64,000 bases of DNA from Heterodontus francisci. Taxonomy: Eukaryota. Position numbers and translations under genes: made by a program. The stretch is taken from the NCBI RefSeq assembly GCF_036365525.1, contig NC_090415.1:18290001-18354000 (forward strand), written 5' to 3'. Positions within the stretch are counted from its first letter, which is position 1; every line of letters starts with the position of its first letter. Below the pieces are notes generated by a model that saw only the letters and a program-made list of their open reading frames with translations, was not told the DNA's origin and did no database searches. Shown piece after piece: positions 12,661 through 24,835 of the stretch.

Positions 12661-13552
12661 TCTACTGCAGGTCAGACCTCAATTCTGGTATCATACAGAT
12701 TCATTTTATAACATAAAAATTATCAATGTGATTTCCAAATTAAAACTTACAAAAGACTCTCATCATCCATGTGTATCTCCCACAATGCTGAGCTTCAATT
12801 TTCTTTCAATGAAATCTATGTTAAACAAGACATGTCCTTTAAACTAATAAATGAGTTCTCAGTCAGAAACAAGAGTGTGCAGATCTTTGTTTAATAATAA
12901 TAAAAAGGGAGATAGGTAAAGTTCAGTTCACAAACAGCGCTCTGGGTAAAGATTGGACCCTCACTCAGATAACAGAGAATTAAATAAAATAAGGTAAACT
13001 CACACTCACAGACCAGGAACTGACGGGGACAGAGTACAAGCTACACACAGACAAAATAAAAAAAAAACAGTTTTAAAACTGAACAAGTCAATGCAATTTA
13101 TAAAATGATTCTCATCATCCATGTACGTCTCCCGGAAATTTATCATTTCTTGAATAAATATAGATTTAAAATAGCCTTTAAACTGATCAGTATTCAGTCT
13201 GAAACGAATAGTAAACATAGAGTTATTTACAGCACGGAAGGAGGCTATTTGGCCCATCGAGTCCATGACAGCTCTCGACAGTGCAATCCAGTCACACTCA
13301 CTCCACCGCTCTATCCCTGTAACTCTGCAAGTTTAATTCCTTCAAATGCTGATTCAATCATCTCTTGAAGTAATTGATTGTCTCTACTTCCAGCTCCCTT
13401 GTGGGAAGTGAGTTCCAGATCATCACCACTCACTCAGTGTTCGCCCCAAATCCTCAATTTCTGTTACTATGTCCTTGTACAATGAGCGAATGGGAACTGT
13501 TTATCCTTGTCTCACTTGTCATGATGTTTCACACTTGTTGTAAATCTCCCTT

Positions 13553-14109
13553 CAGTCAGCTCGTCCACTGATCTTGCCTGTCACCTATCCACCAATATCC
13601 CTGACTTTCTGACTCCCTCTGTTACTGTCTCTTCAACTGTTTCAATGTTGTTGATTCAATGGAGAACAAATCCATCTCTACCGACTTCACACATTCTGAT
13701 AAATCTCCTCTGAACCCTCAAATAACCAGAACTGGATGCAATACTCCACTACAACACCGTCACTGTGTTTATTTTACACATCCGTATTTCTTGTTTAGAA
13801 AGAACCAGAGCACTCGAATGGAACACGAAGCCGGTGCTCTTATTTTAAACATTCAGAAACAAGGAGTATGGAATTCAAACCCACGCATGCAGATCACAAC
13901 AGATTAGCAGTTCATCGTTTTAATCACTCGGCCACCTTGTCTTCTGTGAGTAAGCTGAAGTGCGGAGGAATAATCCGTGCAGAATGAAAAAGGTGACGGG
14001 CTGGTGCCAACAAAACTGAACCAGTTGAAGAGACAGTAACAGAGGGAGTGAGAAAGTCAGGGATATCGGTGGATAGGTGACAGGCAAAAGCAATGGACTG
14101 AGCTGACTG
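13553..14109. repeat. ~92 bp inverted repeat (13553-13644 / 14017-14109)
   Basis: cctgtcacctatccaccaatatccctgactttct vs agaaagtcagggatatcggtggataggtgacagg. Confidence 0.9.
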
Positions 14110-14164
14110 CTGTGAAATATTGTGGCTTCGCCGAGCACTAAATTTGACTGGTTATCTAGAGTAA

Positions 14165-14326
14165 CCAATCAGATAAATAGAGAATCTCAAGAATTGACAT
14201 CATTGTAAACCAGCCAATCACGAACATGGTTTTCACCCCATCCTTCATTAACATCGAGCTCTGGGGATGTGTATAAAATGCGAGTTCTGACCTTTAAGAG
14301 CCACCCACAACGTCTCTCAAAAAGCT
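14165..14326 (+). pseudogene. Histone gene relic lacking its CDS, probably H2B
   Basis: Two CCAAT boxes, CCTTCATTAACAT (degenerate H2B octamer), TATAAAA, then TTTAAGAGCCACCCA (stem-loop 3' half) and an AAAAGCT HDE-like motif. Confidence 0.7.
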
Positions 14327-15209
14327 ACAACATTATCTCTATAATATCAATTTGTTTTGATATTTATACCAAGTATTTTCTAACTGCCTTTGTGATCTCT
14401 GTTTTAATCCCACAGATTCTGTTTAATACAGTTTCACTGCCCGTGTGATCTTCCTGTCTCTGCTTAATAATATCCCGATCATTAATTACTGACTATTTGT
14501 GAGCTTTGTTCACGGACGCGTTCATATTCGGCTCCTTTGCTGTATTTCGATAATAAAATCTGATTTAACGCACAGGCATCATTTCTCAGTCACTCATATT
14601 CCGAGATCAAGTTTGTCCTCAATAAGTAATCAGTACATTATCTAGAAACCCCGGTGGTGTGGGAACCCTCAGTCTCACTCTTTGACACCTGACACTAAGA
14701 TTATACACTCCGCTGTTGTCTCTCACCAATAGGGATCAATCTATAATCAGTGATGTGGTATCATTAGGAACATTGAGCTGAAATGGTTACAGAATGCTGT
14801 GAAAGAGGCTTTCTGTCCTCTGGTTATAGAATCTTTCAAAAAGGATAGAGAGTAAACCCGAATAGATGGCGGAATGTGAAAGCCAATCTGGAAATTGTTA
14901 CCACATGTAGAATAATACAATATGAAAAAGATTTTAAAATATTTGCGGTAAAACCAAGTTACCTATAAATGTGATGATCTATATTGAAGCCGCTCTGTGT
15001 TTTACAAATATATTGGCGGGATTTTCAAATTTGAAAAATCGTTTGCAGTCTGACAATTTCGCGCCGTTATTTTCCGCCCTCATCTCCTTGGCGTCTCCGG
15101 ATTGGTGAATTCAGCAGCTCTCTGATTGGTCACATGAAGAGTACAATGACACCCAGTGCAGAATGACCAATCACCAGTGCCCCCGACACCATTCCTCCCG
15201 AAGGTATAA

Positions 15210-15659
<450 letters not shown>

Positions 15660-15689
15660 AGCGGCCTGACTTAAATCTGCGAACCCAAA

Positions 15690-15730
15690 GGCTCTTTTCA
15701 GAGCCACCCACTTTATCTGTTAAAGGGCTG
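15690..15730 (+). terminator. Histone 3' stem-loop + HDE (H2A)
   Basis: GGCTCTTTTCAGAGCC-ACCCA, then AAAGGGCTG. Confidence 0.95.
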
Positions 15731-15782
15731 CTTGCTGTCTGAGAGGCGATAATTTTATAATGCTCGCGCTGCTTTGTATTGG

Positions 15783-16151
15783 CACAGAAAGAGGCCACTT
15801 GGCCCATCGTGTCGTCGGCCGAAAAACGACCCACCTATTCTAATCCCACCGTCCAGCATTCAGTCCGTCGCCCTGCAGATTACAGCATTTGAAATGCATA
15901 TCCAGATTCCCTTTGAATGAGTTGAGGGTCTCTGCCTCAACTACCCTTTCAGGCAGTGAGTTCCAGACCCCCATCACCCTCTGGGTGAAAATAAAATCCT
16001 CGTTTTCCCTCTAATTTTTCCACCAATCGCTTTAAACATATGCCCCATAGTCACTGACCTCTCTGCTAAGACTCTTCACCTCCACTCTCTGCAGACCCGC
16101 CAAAATGTTGTACATTTCAATCAGATCTCCCCTCAGCCTTCTCCCTACTGG
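15783..16151 (-). mobile_element. CR1 3' fragment between H2A and H3
   Basis: CR1 tail sequence; absent from the duplicate block at ~30850. Confidence 0.8.
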
Positions 16152-16290
16152 ATTCGGGCATTTAGCTGCTCTCCTCTTGTGACATTTTAACAAATCTACC
16201 GTTTATGCACAACAAAAGCTTTTGCAAAATGATCGGCTCTCTAATAAAATGATCTGCTCTGGACCCCATTTCGCTGACAACTGGTGATCG

Positions 16291-16331
16291 CAGCTCTTTG
16301 TTTTGCCGATTTGGTGGCTCTGAAAAGAGCC
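16291..16331 (-). terminator. Histone 3' stem-loop + HDE (H3)
   Basis: GGCTCTTTTCAGAGCC (16316-16331) and AAAGAGCTG on the minus strand. Confidence 0.95.
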
Positions 16332-16374
16332 GTTGTGTTATTTGATGCCAAACTCAGTTCGGGGCAGGGTGAGT

Positions 16375-16797
<423 letters not shown>

Positions 16798-17443
16798 TCA
16801 GGAACAAAGACACTGTAAATGTTGAGGCTGCTCAGGGACTGTCTATTTAAGACAGTAGAGGGACCGCCCCAGTGTTGTGATTGGATGCAGCCCCGTCCAT
16901 CAGTCAAGTTTGAAACCAGCTCTGGGAAAGAAAAGGCCGGCGGGAAATGCTGTGCACTGATTGGTTGAACTGGAACTGAAACTGAAATTTTGTCAATTTC
17001 AAACAGCCCGCCAATTTCCGATGAGCAAACAAGGGAAAGATTAAAAAACACCTAATTTGGCGGGAACAATTATAAAATCTCACTCCTTGTAGCTTTATTT
17101 CTTTCTTCCTAGATCCCCCTCTGTGTCTGACAACACAGTTTGAATAGTGTTCTCTGGCGGGAATAAAGCGCCAGTCATTACTTACTGTAACGGCAGTAAA
17201 TCCCGCTTCGTGCCGGCAGTTCAGACCCTCACGTATAAATTATCAAATGCAACCGTTTAATTCATGACGTGTTCGATAAATAATGAAGATAAAAAGACAG
17301 TGAAATTTCTGTGATATGTAAATTTACTGAGAGAATGTAATGATGTATAAAAGCAGTTGTTGATAAAGATAAACAATATACTGATAACTTGATCTTATTA
17401 ATTCAAGTTGCCATGTCACTGCTTTCTCTGTGAGTCTTTGGGT

Positions 17444-17459
17444 GGCTCTTAGAAGAGCC
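17444..17459 (-). terminator. Histone 3' stem-loop (H4)
   Basis: GGCTCTTCTAAGAGCC-ACCCA on the minus strand. Confidence 0.93.
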
Positions 17460-17488
17460 TTTGTGTTTGGTAGAAAGGGTGGATTTGT

Positions 17489-17809
<321 letters not shown>

Positions 17810-17854
17810 TCAGACAAACCGATTCTGAATGAGAAACGAGCTGATTCTGCTGCC

Positions 17855-17920
17855 TTTTTTATACAGCCCGCCCGGACCTGACTGAGAAAGTGACAGAGAG
17901 TGAGAGGCGGGGCGGAGAGG
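17855..17920 (-). promoter_or_regulatory. H4 promoter
   Basis: TATAAAA, site II-like TTTCTCAGTCAGGTCCG, GC boxes. Confidence 0.8.
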
Positions 17921-18498
17921 AAACTGAGTGACAGACAGAGCAGAGAAATGTCTTTCATCCTCCAGCTCCGCCTCCCACTTGCTCGAACCGCCAATTCAAA
18001 AAAAAAACTCTCAACAACAGAGCTCAGCACAAAACTCCCAGACTCAACCTTTATAGTCAAAGATAACAGAAACCCAGAGCTGTTAAATAAGGATCTATAA
18101 CAATTAAAAGTTGATCATCTACCCGCCTAAGTACAGTGCTTCCGATCACAAGTCAACCCGTTTCCACACACCTCCCCTCCCAGACGGATTGAGTATTTTA
18201 CTAACACCTTACCCCAGCTGAATTAGAGAATTGAGTTGTGACGCGGGGTTTCTCGCCAGTATTCCTGTGTTAGACCCTCTCACTCCGAATTAGTGAAATG
18301 AGCATGAACTGAGACTGTACCGAACAGATCCCCAGTTACAGTGAGGCCGGGACATCCCTCTGTTTTGTTACAGAGAGTGGGGGAAGGGCTGAGTGTAGTG
18401 TGTGTCAGCGAGTCACCAGGGATCCTGCATTTACTTCCAATCATTTCTATGTGAAATGTGCACACGGCGGCGGGACAGGGATCATTTGATAGGGGGAA

Positions 18499-18539
18499 CA
18501 GCTCTTTCCTGAGAGATGTGGGTGGCTCTGAAAAGAGCC
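18499..18539 (-). terminator. Histone 3' stem-loop + HDE (H1)
   Basis: GGCTCTTTTCAGAGCC (18524-18539) and AAAGAGCTG. Confidence 0.95.
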
Positions 18540-18575
18540 TTTGGGTTCAGATGTCTACAAGTTTCCCGTGCAGTT

Positions 18576-19250
18576 TCACTTCTTTCCAGGGGCTGCTTTC
18601 TGAGCCTTTGCTGCTTTCGGCTTGGTCTTGCCCCTTGATGATTGAACTTTCTTGAGCACCTTTCCGCCCGTGGCACTCTTGGGTTTTTTGGCCTTCTTCA
18701 CAGGAGACTTTTTCGGAAGCGCTGCTTTCTTCGCTGGGGATTTCTTTGGCGTAGCCGCCTTCTTGCTGGTCACTTTCTTGCCTGCTGCTTTCTTCGCTGC
18801 CGATTTCTTGACTGGTAATTTCTTGGCTGCTGATTTCTTTGCTGTCACTTTCTTACCAGCTGTTTTCTTCACTAAAGGTTTTTTGCCTGCTCCTGACTTC
18901 ACTTTCTTTCCCACATTTCCCTTGGTTCCCTGCTTCGGGATTCTGAAGGAGCCGGAGGCGCCCGTACCGCTGCTCTGCACCAGGGAGCCTTTGTTCACAT
19001 TCCTCCTGATACTTTGCTTGATTTGGGTCCTGAACTTCCCCACATCCACACCGCTCCTACCCAGAGCCTTCTTTATGGCGTGCAGTGAGGTCCCCTTGCG
19101 ATCGGTGCAATCCGCCACAATCCTGAGGATCTGCTCGCTCAACGTGGGACCGGCTGACTTGTTCCGGGGTGCCGCTTTCTTCTTCTTGGCAGTCTTGACT
19201 TGAGCGGCGGGAGCTGGAGGAGCCGTTTCGGCGCCTGCTGTATCGGTCAT
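18576..19250 (-). CDS. H1: Linker histone H1, 224 aa
   Basis: MTDTAGAETAPPA start, globular domain ending GTGASGSFRI, K/A/P-rich tail; H1-box AAACACA at 19396-19402 upstream. Confidence 0.96.
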   Translation of the reverse strand: MTDTAGAETAPPAPAAQVKTAKKKKAAPRNKSAGPTLSEQILRIVADCTDRKGTSLHAIKKALGRSGVDVGKFRTQIKQSIRRNVNKGSLVQSSGTGASGSFRIPKQGTKGNVGKKVKSGAGKKPLVKKTAGKKVTAKKSAAKKLPVKKSAAKKAAGKKVTSKKAATPKKSPAKKAALPKKSPVKKAKKPKSATGGKVLKKVQSSRGKTKPKAAKAQKAAPGKK

Positions 19251-19879
19251 GTCCGGGACTCTGCACAACTTCTGTCTGTCAGTCAGAACTGGGTCAGAAA
19301 TGAAGCCGGTGGTGGCGGCACTTAGCAACTTAAAGGCAGTGAGCGGACGGGGGCGGAGACAACCTGCTGTCAGCTCCCGGCTCCTGCTGCCTCTCTGTGT
19401 TTCTCTCTGGTCCTAAACTCTCCAATTCCACTGAAATTCGGGTACTGTAGAATCCCAGACTAGATCCTTCCTGTCTCTGACATCAGAATGCCTGCTATCC
19501 AAAAGTTTGCACTTGAAGTAAAGACTCCATTTTTGACTGAAACCCGTTTTATTGCTGCACTGATGGCGCTCTTTCCCCCGATAGCTGACATGTTCTCTAC
19601 ATTTTGACTGAAATCTTGAAATCAACAAAGAAACAACACTGAATTCCCACTTTGGGAATGAGAAGGGGATCAATGTGCTTCTTTGACTGGAAAATCTTGT
19701 TACTTGACACAAGAGGGACTCGGAAATCCGGCGATGAGTCCGGACCCACAAACACAGTGACATTAGACTAACCCGCCAGCACCTTTAATACACTCTCTCT
19801 TACACAATATTCACATCTACACATTCTCATGCCGAACTGTTCACTAAATGTAGAGTTCCCAGGACAGGTTTTGATCTCA

Positions 19880-20890
19880 ATGCTGAGGTAAATAGACCCT
19901 TCAGCTCCACTCTATCCAGGCCCTTCCACATTTTATACATTTCAATCAGATCTCCCGTCAGCCTTCTCTGTTCCAAGGAGAACAACCACAGTCTTTCCAA
20001 TCTTTCCTCAGAGCTGCATTTTTCAGTCCCGGCAACATGCTCGTAAATCTCCTCTGTACTCTCTCTACTGCAGTTACATCCTTTCTGTAATGAGGTGACC
20101 AGAACTGCACACAGAACTCAAGTTCTGGCCTAACCAATGATGAGAAAGTTCCAGCATAACCTTCCTCCTCTTATATTCTATACCTCGGCCAATAAAGGAA
20201 AGGATTCCATAAGTCTTCTTAACCATTTTACCGCCCTACCCTGTTACCTTCAGGGATCCGTGGACATTTACTCCCATGTCCCTCACCTCCTCTGCACCTC
20301 TCAGTATTTTCCCATTAATCGTGTATTCCTTTGCATTGTTTGACCTCCCCAAGTGCATCACGTCACACTTCTCCGGATTGAATTCTATATGCCACTTTTC
20401 TGCCCTTCTGACCAGACCATAAACATCTTCCTCAAGTCCACAGCAATCCTCCTCGCTATCTACCACACGGCCAATATTGGTGTCGTCTGCAAACTTCTTG
20501 ACCGTGTCCCTCAACATTTATGTCCAAATTGTTTATATAGATCATCAACAAAACAGGTGACACATTACTGAGCCCTGGGGAAAACCACTGGAAACAGCCC
20601 TCCAGTCTCAAAAGCAGCCATCAACAATTACTCTTTGTTTCCTGCCACTGAGCCAATTTTGCATCCACCTTGCTGCATTTCCCTGGATCCCATGAGATTT
20701 TATTTTATAAAGATTCTGTATTTTGGGACCTTGTCATGTAGAATCCATCAACTGCACTACCCTCATCTATCATCCTTTTTCAAATTCAATTCAGTTGGTA
20801 TGTGCCTTTCTAAGTGACAGTTTATCTTGTCTCTCAGAATAGATTTCAATAATTTGCCCACTACTGAGGTTGCACTGACTGGCCTGTAAT
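19880..20890 (-). mobile_element. Decayed CR1 RT fragment
   Basis: KFADDT...WHIEFNPEKC fragment (ORF 20236-20517). Confidence 0.85.
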
Positions 20891-21425
20891 TATTGAGCTG
20901 CAGACTGAAATGTAAGATTCGTTTTATCTCGAAAGATCCGCCTGGGGAAACAAGACGTTACAATCTCATCTCTCACTGATATGGTGCCAGAGGAAAACAC
21001 ATTATTAATCTCACAGTCCGGGAAAGTGTCAGAGAGTGAGGCATACAATGTCCCAAATGTAACTTTCTCTGCCCTGTTGAACTCTCTGCAATCTTTCAGC
21101 TCAAATCCTTCGCTATGACTCTCAGTGACAGACAGTTTCAACCTGATTAAATTGATCTGTGACTGTAACTGTCAGATATTAACTCCTGCTCCATTCCTGC
21201 AAAAACATCGACTCCCTCGGAGGATCACTTTGAGAATTCGAGCTAATGAACAGCAAACATAGTGCAGAGAATGATCTCAAGTTGAGCTTGGTAACAGGGT
21301 AATCTCCCAGCTGGAAACCTTCTCTAATCTTGCCCACAGTCCCGGTTCCATTGCTCAAAATCAGATAAAACTGAACTGGAGAAAGTTCCGATTGATTTTT
21401 GTTTTTCAAACCATTGCCGAATGAG

Positions 21426-21590
21426 GCGCATGCGCGGTATTAACCCGCCCCCACCGCTGATTGTGAATGAGCGAATGTACGCATGCGCGCTCCCCTCCTC
21501 CTGCAAATCTGTTGAACGCCATTTACTCAGTGAGCGGAAAGAGTTTGTTTTTAACAGAGGGAATGGAGATATTACAGCCTCGGGGTAAGG
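21426..21590 (+). promoter_or_regulatory. Promoter + first exon of unknown gene, copy 2 (diverged)
   Basis: NRF1 GCGCATGCGC at 21426 and a second near-match at 21479, cagtgagcggaa, ATG 21563, donor G|GTAAGG at 21584/21585. Confidence 0.6.
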
Positions 21591-21929
21591 CAGCAAACAG
21601 CAATCTGATTCCAGCAGCACATTGCTTTGGGACCCTGTCCGCAGTCTGGATCAGAGATCACCATTGACTCCGGAGCAAGTTCAGGGGGAGTCGCGGGCTG
21701 TTTGTGAGAGGCAATGTGGAGGATGAACTGATCCGGGAACATGGAGTGAGCGGCGGAATGGAGAGGCCTTTCTCGGCCTGTGTGTGTGCACTGGGTAAGT
21801 GAGACAGAACGTGAATAAGCTGCTGTTGAAAATTTTTGCTGTTTCTCGTCTCAGTTCTGTAATACATGTTGGTGGTTTAACTCCTGTTTCACGCTGTTTA
21901 CTGTGAGTGAACAGTGAATAGTGGAATCA

Positions 21930-22235
21930 AGATCCAGGGTGCACAGTTTCAGAATAAGGAGTCTCCCATTTTCGACGGAGGGAAGGAGGAATTTCTTCTC
22001 TCAAAGCGTCATTAATCTTTGGAATTCTCTACCTCAGAGAGCAGTGGAGGCTGGGTTGTTAAATATATTCAAGGATGAGTTAAACTTTTGATCTACATGG
22101 GAGTAATGTGTTCTGGGAGCAGGCAGGATAATGGAGCTGAATCCAGGATCAGATCAGCCATGATCTCATTGAATGGCGGATCAGACTCGAGAGACTGAAT
22201 GGCCTACTCCTGCTCCTACTTCTTAGGTTCTTATG
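21930..22235 (+). mobile_element. CR1 3' end fragment
   Basis: gaatttcttctctca...tggcctactcctgctcct...ttcttatg tail. Confidence 0.75.
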
Positions 22236-22540
22236 TTGTAATGTCAGATGGAAATAGAAACCTGATCTGTACAAACATTCCTCAGGTAATCCCAATCTTG
22301 GAGCAGTGCAGATATTGGCTTGTTTCTGGATGTCACTAAATTGTTGTAAATCGGCCAAAACACCTGGTCAGCAGATGCTGAGATCTGCAGTGAAATCAGA
22401 CCTTGACATTCTTTGTATTTCTGGTGAGTATTTGTGGTTAGTAATAATGATTATGAATTGAAATGTTACATTAATCTCTTTTCTAGCTTCCACCTCAACT
22501 GATCTTCAGTTACAAGATATATTGTTCTTCCTTTCTGTAG

Positions 22541-22624
22541 GCAAATACTTCAAGGGAACAGAATGAATGTGATGATTCCCAGGCACAAGGAAATGTGCAT
22601 TCAGCTCCTTGCAACACAGAGTAG
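22541..22624 (+). other. Conserved downstream exon, copy 2
   Basis: ttcttcctttctgtag acceptor; agtaggtatgt donor region. Confidence 0.5.
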
Positions 22625-22914
22625 GTATGTTATCACTCCCAGAGACCATCAGTTAATTCCAGAGTCACATGGAGCAGAAGTAGTCAAACTCTCACTGATC
22701 CCAAGTTCAGAGACACATTTTCAATCCAGCAATCAAACAAAGCAGAAGAGACAGACATTGTTTCCAATCCATTCCAATTCTGTACTGCTGAATGTTAGGT
22801 ACATCAATCTCAGTTCAAAAGCACACCCACGGTCAGATTGAAAGACACTATATCAATCTCACAAGAGGGACACATCCTGGAGACAGTAAGATAGAGAGTG
22901 AATCTCACCCTCAC

Positions 22915-23420
22915 ATACCTGAAACTGTGTGCAGTTCTGGTCACCTCATTACAGAAATGATGTAACTGCACTAGAGAGGGTAAAGAGGATATTTATTTGG
23001 ATGTTGCCAGGGCTGGAAAAATGCAGTTGTGAGGAAAGATTGGATAGGCTGGGATTATTCTCTTTGGAACAGTGAAGGCTGAGGGGAGAGCTGATTGAAA
23101 TGTATCGAATTTTGAGGGACCTGGACAGAGTGGAGGTGAAGGGTCTATTCATCTTAACAAAGAGGTCAGTGACGAAGGCCAGAGATTTAAAGTGATTGGT
23201 AGAAAAATTAGAGGGGAGATGAGGGAAAGAAAATCACTCAGAGGGTGTTAGGGGTCTGGAACTCACTGCCTGAAAGGATAGTTGAGGCAGGGACCCTCAA
23301 CTGATTCAGACGTACTCTGGCAAGGCACCTCAAGTGCCATAAGCTGCAGGGTTCACGACCAAATCCTGGAAGGTGGGATTAGAATAAGTGGCCTCTTTCC
23401 ATGCCTTAAACTTTCGATGA
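22915..23420 (+). mobile_element. CR1 3' fragment
   Basis: tgtgtgcagttctggtcacc...aggctgaggggaga CR1 C-terminal coding remnants. Confidence 0.75.
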
Positions 23421-24269
23421 TTTTATGAAATTGATGATTAAAAGAAAATAAACACATTCCTATACTGTAAACAGACAGACACAGAGTGAAATTCACATTT
23501 ACAAATTATAAAAGAGTTAAAGTAAAGATTAAAACCTCCAGTCACAGAAGGGAGACTGACAGCTACAGAGAAGAAAATAAAACCACTCACATGCAAGAGA
23601 CTGTCAGATAGAGAATAACACCAGAGTACCTAACAGAGACAGACACTTACCATGTAAAACACATGGACACATACCAGAGACTGAGAGGGACAAAGGAAAA
23701 TCAATTCTCCAATAAGAGAAATTGAATGATAGGAATAACACACATACTTGTGTAGTAGACATTGATAGCTGCAGAAAAAAAGAAAATGTGCACACACACC
23801 TATCAGGAACTGCAAGCTGCAGATTAAAACACACAGACCAAAAATAGAAAGATTCAGAGAAAAGCCCCATATCACACACTAGAGTTTGAAAGATACAGAA
23901 TAAACCCACACTGTTATATCTTAACTTTACAGGTACAGCTTAAAAGTGACACATACCAGAAACCAACTGGTGCAAAGTAAAACTCACTCAAGTAACAGAA
24001 ACTGACAGGTAAAGATCAAAAACCAGAATTATATACAGAAAATGGCAGGTCTACAATAAAACAACAATCACATATTGGAAGTTGGCAGGTGGGGGCGGGA
24101 ACACCTTCATGTTCCATAAACTGACAGGTACAGAGTAAAATAAACATTCATATACTATCAATGGACAGGTACAGATTTAACATCTCATTCACTTAACAGA
24201 AGCTAAAAGGTGCTGCAGAAAGTACATAATCAAATTCCAAAGATTGAAAGATACAGAATAAACCCACAT

Positions 24270-24835
24270 TCACACACCAGATACTGACAGGAACAGAACC
24301 CATATTCCATTCACAGAAACAGATAGGGACAGAACAAAGGTCACAATCACATACCAGAAACTGACAGGAACAGAACCCATATTCCATTCACAGAAACAGA
24401 TAGGGACAGAACAAAGGTCACAATCACATCCCAGAAACTGACAGGAACAGAACCCATATTCCATTCACAGAAACAGATAGGGACAGAACAAAGGTCACAA
24501 TCACATACCAGAAACTGACAGGAACAGAACCCACATTTCATTCACAGAAACAGATAGGGACAGAACAAAGGCAACAATCACAAACCAGAAACTGACAGGA
24601 ACAGAACCCATATTCCATTCACAGAAACAGATAGGGACAGAACAAAGGTCACAATCACATACCAGAAACTGACAGGAACAGAACCCACATTTCATTCACA
24701 GAAACAGATAGGGACAGAACAAAGGTCACAATCACATACCAGAAACTGACAGGAACAGAACCTATATTCCATTCACAGAAACAGATAGGGACAGAACAAA
24801 GTTCGCAATCACATACCAGAAACTGACAGGAAAGA
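24270..24835 (+). repeat. Homogeneous 77-bp tandem array (~7 copies)
   Basis: Near-identical units; the repeated ORFs are offset by multiples of 77. Confidence 0.95.
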
